Assembly: GCA_045837725.1 (NCBI GenBank)
Contig: JBEWZL010000163.1
Location: forward strand, 558,001-622,000
DNA: 64,000 nucleotides
Direction: 5' to 3'
Source of the DNA: Vermamoeba vermiformis
Taxonomy: Eukaryota
Position 1 is the first letter of the stretch; each line of letters opens with the position of its first letter. Of this stretch, positions 59,420 through 64,000 are shown in pieces. A model generated the notes under the pieces. It was not told where the DNA came from. It did no database searches and saw nothing but the letters and a program-made list of their open reading frames with translations. The translations under genes and the position numbers were made by a program.

Positions 59420-61153
59420 TTAGGTGATAATAGCAAATGGAGCTTTACTATGTAGTTCTACTCTAGCGTCTTTTCCTTTCAACTTTCTGTAGCCAAGCGA
59501 GCACAGTTGCGTGAACTGCAATAGTTCAGGAACGGTGTCAGACTCAAGCTGCATCACGCATAAGAACTTTAATGAAGGTAGAGCATTTCGCAGCACCTCA
59601 ATTTGTTCTGAACAACTTGTTAATAAATTTTTCTAACGATTAATATTTTTCTCGTATTCATAGCGTACCTTTATTCAGCTGATCAGCCCAAATTGATTCC
59701 AGATTCGTCAGTTTAGACATAGGATGTAACTCATCGGTATTAAAGGCTGAAGCCTCCAACGATCTCAAAGACGGATAGCTGCTAATTAATTCGACATCTT
59801 CTGTGCTAAATGTCGAGGTTGACAGGCCAAGGTGTATCAGATTCGCTGGCAGATTCGATAGTTGGAAACTGCTTCTTCGTGGGAGAACTACTAACTGCGT
59901 GATATTCTTTAACTTCGTAAAATCAGCTTCGTTGATTTGTCCGCCAAGGCTTAAGACTTTAAGATTCGTCAAGTTAGTCCACTGATCCACATCCAAATAC
60001 GCAGAGTTCCACGTGTCCATTAGCAAGTGAGTTAAAGTAGTAAGTCGTCCTATGAGACTAATTTCCTCCTCTATGTCACCTGGATAGCCGAATGTCAACG
60101 ATAAGTTGGACAGATTTGGCAGATCGAGCAAAAAGTTGATCGAACGGGGATCCATCATGTTGAGCTGCTTCAAATTACGCAAATTGCTTAAAACTCCTAT
60201 CTTTTCTTTAGACACGCGCGCAAGATCACCGAGAATAAGCTGTGTGAGCTGAGTCATTGCCGCTATTTCAACTAAATTTTGGTCTATGCGTTTGAAATCA
60301 AACTCGGAAATATATAATGACTTTAGCTGTGTAAGTTGATTGATGCCACACCCTATTATATCATATTGTTAATAAATCATCCAAAAATCTGGCCTCAAAG
60401 AATAACAATTTTCGAGATCGGATGCGATCCTGACTTACAATACTTGTCCGTAGCCACACCAATACTAGTGAGCTTATGATGATTTTTAAAGGCATTTCCA
60501 AGGTCGTGTTTGCTTTTCGGGTGATTATACGCGATCCACAACGTATCCAAATTAGTCAATTGAACCACCGTATCAGAAACCAATTCCATTTCGGGCAATT
60601 CGTCATTAACACTGATTTCCAGCGATAATTGACGAAGATTAGAGGCCTCTGCTAATTTTGGAATTTTTGCCAAGGTCGCCAAAAATTTCTTTGGTTCTTT
60701 TTTGTACTTGCTATCTCTGTATGTAATACTTATCTCTAATGCGATAATATTTGACAAATCTCGAGACAAGACGTATTCGAGCAGATCTGACTGGTGCACA
60801 TCAAGTTCTCGTACCGCTGCCCATGAAATACTTTGCGCGCGCTTGCAAATCATTCCAAACCTAGTATCGTAGTTAGTATTGCTATTATTAAATTCATTTT
60901 AGAGCTCGTCGTTGGTTGTTTGGCAAATAATCGCAAGGGGATTGTACGACCAACTACAAATTTCATTTATAATTTAACAAATGCTATAAATACTTAAATA
61001 TTGAAATAGCTAAGAATTCGACTCAATAAATTTTTTGGATGAGTTGGCTTATTATTAAAATTAATTTTTGATGGCATACCTGACAACATCTGCGCTTGAA
61101 AGATAAATCCAAATCTCTGCTAAAGGATCTTTCGGAAGGTCCAAAATATTCAT
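59420..61153 (-). CDS. F-box/LRR protein, 4 exons, paralogue of 44556-46161
   Basis: MNILDLPKDPLAEIWIYL; same intron pattern; ends APFAIIT-stop. Confidence 0.8.
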
Positions 61154-61453
61154 AGTTATATAATACAATCTCGATGATTTAACTCAAAATAATTCCCCCG
61201 AGCAGATGCAACTTCGAAAAAACAAAACAGTCGTATAATGTTACGCACTATGCTGATCTTATGAGCTTTGTGGTGTTGGTGTAATTATTAGGGAGGAAAT
61301 TTATTTTTGTCGGCAGTTTGACGAACGTCAATTACGGCGCGCAAGATTTTTTTGGCATATTTAACAAACCGAGCGATAAAAATACTGTATATTAGTGCTA
61401 CGTAGCGAATTTAAGCGTAATTTTACTGCGGATTAACGTATAGAATCAGCTCC

Positions 61454-64000
61454 ATGGGAGATTTGCTCAGTAAGTTCCAGACTGTCAACAGGCCATTTTA
61501 AAAATGGTGTCATATTATTTAAATAATATACATATATAATAATATTCAGATCTTTATACGGTATAATCGACATTGCATTCTAGCGAGAATAAAATTTATC
61601 CGTTACAAAAGTCAATAACTAAATCTTTTTACTTCATCGATAATAATAAATCATACATAATTATGATTATTACGTATAAACCTGCATTATTTTGCTGTTT
61701 TCGTCATTAAACGCCACATCTGATAAAATTCATTAATTTTCTTGTTTTAGATTATATCGACAAAGAAATTGTCGAAAAATATGCCGATTATAAAGAAAAT
61801 GTATATTTTAATGAATGGGTCGAATTAATCATCATTGATGGCGCATCTGCTCCCGTGTCACCGAAGCCAGATCCAGCAAATCCTCAAGCAGCTTCACCGC
61901 GACCAAAAAAGGCTAAAAAGCGCATGTTCATTGTAGGAAAATACCGCATATATTTATTGAAGAAAGGAATGTTCGGCAAAGGCTTCGTAAGTAATTCGCA
62001 AAAAGCTCGCTCGATCCCGATCCATAATTACCACGAATGATTCGATTAATATCAAATTACTTCAATCAAATACTTATATATTTTTTCAAACAGGTACTCG
62101 ACTCAGAGATTCCCATTATCGATTTAGAAGAGGTGACACTTACCGATAACGAAGAAAAAAACGTAAGAAATTATTTCAAAGCCTCCATTTACTCAATAAT
62201 TAATTATTGACTGTTATTTATATTTAGCTACAATTAAATTTTAAAGATCAAGTGCAATACCAAATCAAAACATCAGCGACCGAAGAGATAGTTATCTCGC
62301 TGTTAAAAACATTCAGAGAAATCACCGCATCGCAGCACCCAATCACCGTCAACAAAAAATTCAAAAAAGTGCACAAGAAAATGTATGTAGACAACAAATC
62401 GACATCTTTGTGTTGATTGAAAACTCATCACGTACTGTTTTTAGCTTGAAGTTGACGCAAGAGAAACACATTGCCGATGGATTCTTAGTCAAATACGACA
62501 CGTATTGCAATTATTTTAAAACACCAATCAGACGAGAGTAAGCAAAAAATACACTTTTTCATGTTCTTTCAACGAACAATTGAGCACTAACCATTTTTAT
62601 TTTAGGGTCCATAGGTTCATCGAGGTCAGTTTTAAACGCTTATTGTATTATTAATTATGGTCTTATTTATCTTATGTTACAGGCGTTGGTTGAAAAAAAC
62701 GATCACGACTTGGATCTGACGAATTGTCCTGGCATTGACAACAAATCCGAAATCGCTATCAATATCAACACTGTAATATTACCGTTAATGTACAATACTT
62801 ATTTTAGAGGCCTAGAACTAAGGTAAGCAAAACACGAAAAAATAATCGAAATTTTGAAGATAAGCCGGACTGACGTTTCCTTTTTAGGAATGTTCCGCAA
62901 CGAGAATTGACCGTTGTTTTGGGACAAATGTTGAATAAGAACACAACATTGGCTAAAATCGTTTTGCAAGGCATTGATGCCGTTGACGTGAGCGGTATTG
63001 GTCTCGCATTGAGTAAAAACAAAGACAATAAGGTATGATATTACAAAAATGCATATATTGTATAAATGCTCGTATATTAATTGAATTTTTGCTTTCTTAG
63101 GTCGAAATACTGGATCTGTCGAACAATAGCGTGGATCGAGGATTCATTGCCGTAGCAGCGTCGTTTATCTACCAGCAACATGGTGTCAAAATACTCAACT
63201 TTGAAAATTGCAATTTGTCTGCTAAATCAGTCACTGCATTGTTCGAAGCACTCGCGAAAAACTATGCAATGTCTTTGAGCATCCGCGAGCTGTATCTTGG
63301 CGGCAACAAATTCGACGAATTTACTATGAACGCTATGTGCCACTGGCTCGATCAAGGCAAAGGTAAGCATTGTATCCATTTCATTCGTTTATTTGACGAA
63401 GAAATTTCCTTTTCCGTACTTGGGTTCAAAATTTCATTTCTACAGTTAAATTTTCCTTTTTTGGATTAAGAATTTAGGATACAAAGCTTTGTTGCTCATT
63501 TTTCCGAAATTTTATAGGTTACTTAGCGCTACGAAAGATCTCGCTCGCAAACACCGTTGTAGATCTGAATCGAACGCTCAAGCTCTTGTTATTCAACGTT
63601 CATATGGAGTACTTCGACTTCAGCGGCATTAAAATAACCGACGAGACTATTGCCGTAACTTTTGCCGACTTAATTAATGCGAGTTACGAATTGAAAACCC
63701 TCAAGTTATCGACTTGCCATTTGACGATCAAGGTTATCGAGACCGTCGTTGGTGCCATAATGAAGAACAAGAAATTGAACAAAGGTAATATTAGTCATAT
63801 CATTACTCGCCTCACGTTATTAACTATTTTTTTCAGTGAATCTGGATCTGTCTGGCAACGAAATTGGTCCCGCCGGAGCATTGCAACTCGTTAAGACTAT
63901 GAAAGAGCCGTCTTGTTTCTCTACAATCAACTTCGCTGATTGCAAGCTGAAAGCTAAAGGTAAGCTCGTCAGATCCAAAGCTTAATATCCGTTACATGAA
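61454..64000 (+). CDS. CARMIL-like PH + RI-type LRR protein; 3' end lies outside the window
   Basis: KKRMFIVGKYRIYLL (CARMIL PH-like), YDTYCNY, LMYNTYFRGL, LDLSNNSV, LYLGGNKF, LDLSGNEIG. Confidence 0.75.

Overview
Eukaryotic, gene-dense, AT-rich genomic DNA with many short GT-AG introns. The gene content (BMP-domain class C GPCR, CARMIL-like LRR protein, GlfB-like C-terminal domain) suggests an amoebozoan, but this is inference. About 22 host protein-coding genes can be assembled by eye: RRM protein, PP2C, BRX1, CaMK-like kinase, two C2/Cys-rich CaaX paralogues, an F-box-Rho fusion, three surface-protein paralogues, a DUF4139-like protein, four further F-box proteins, an EEP hydrolase, a class C GPCR, a serpin and a CARMIL-like gene, among others. 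An intact Ty3/Gypsy LTR retrotransposon (37560-43612, minus strand, TSD GGCAT) splits an SDR gene and carries a clear -1 frameshift signal with a pseudoknot. The least explained features are a 1.15-kb intron holding three tRNA genes, a tRNA-Ser 5' half and structured GC-rich spacers; a tRNA-like element at 46373-46453 with an extended acceptor stem; and an F-box-Rho protein with G12D/T35D/Q61C-type substitutions. All family calls come from motif recognition, not database searches. Exon boundaries were read manually, and multi-exon CDS coordinates give the outer span.
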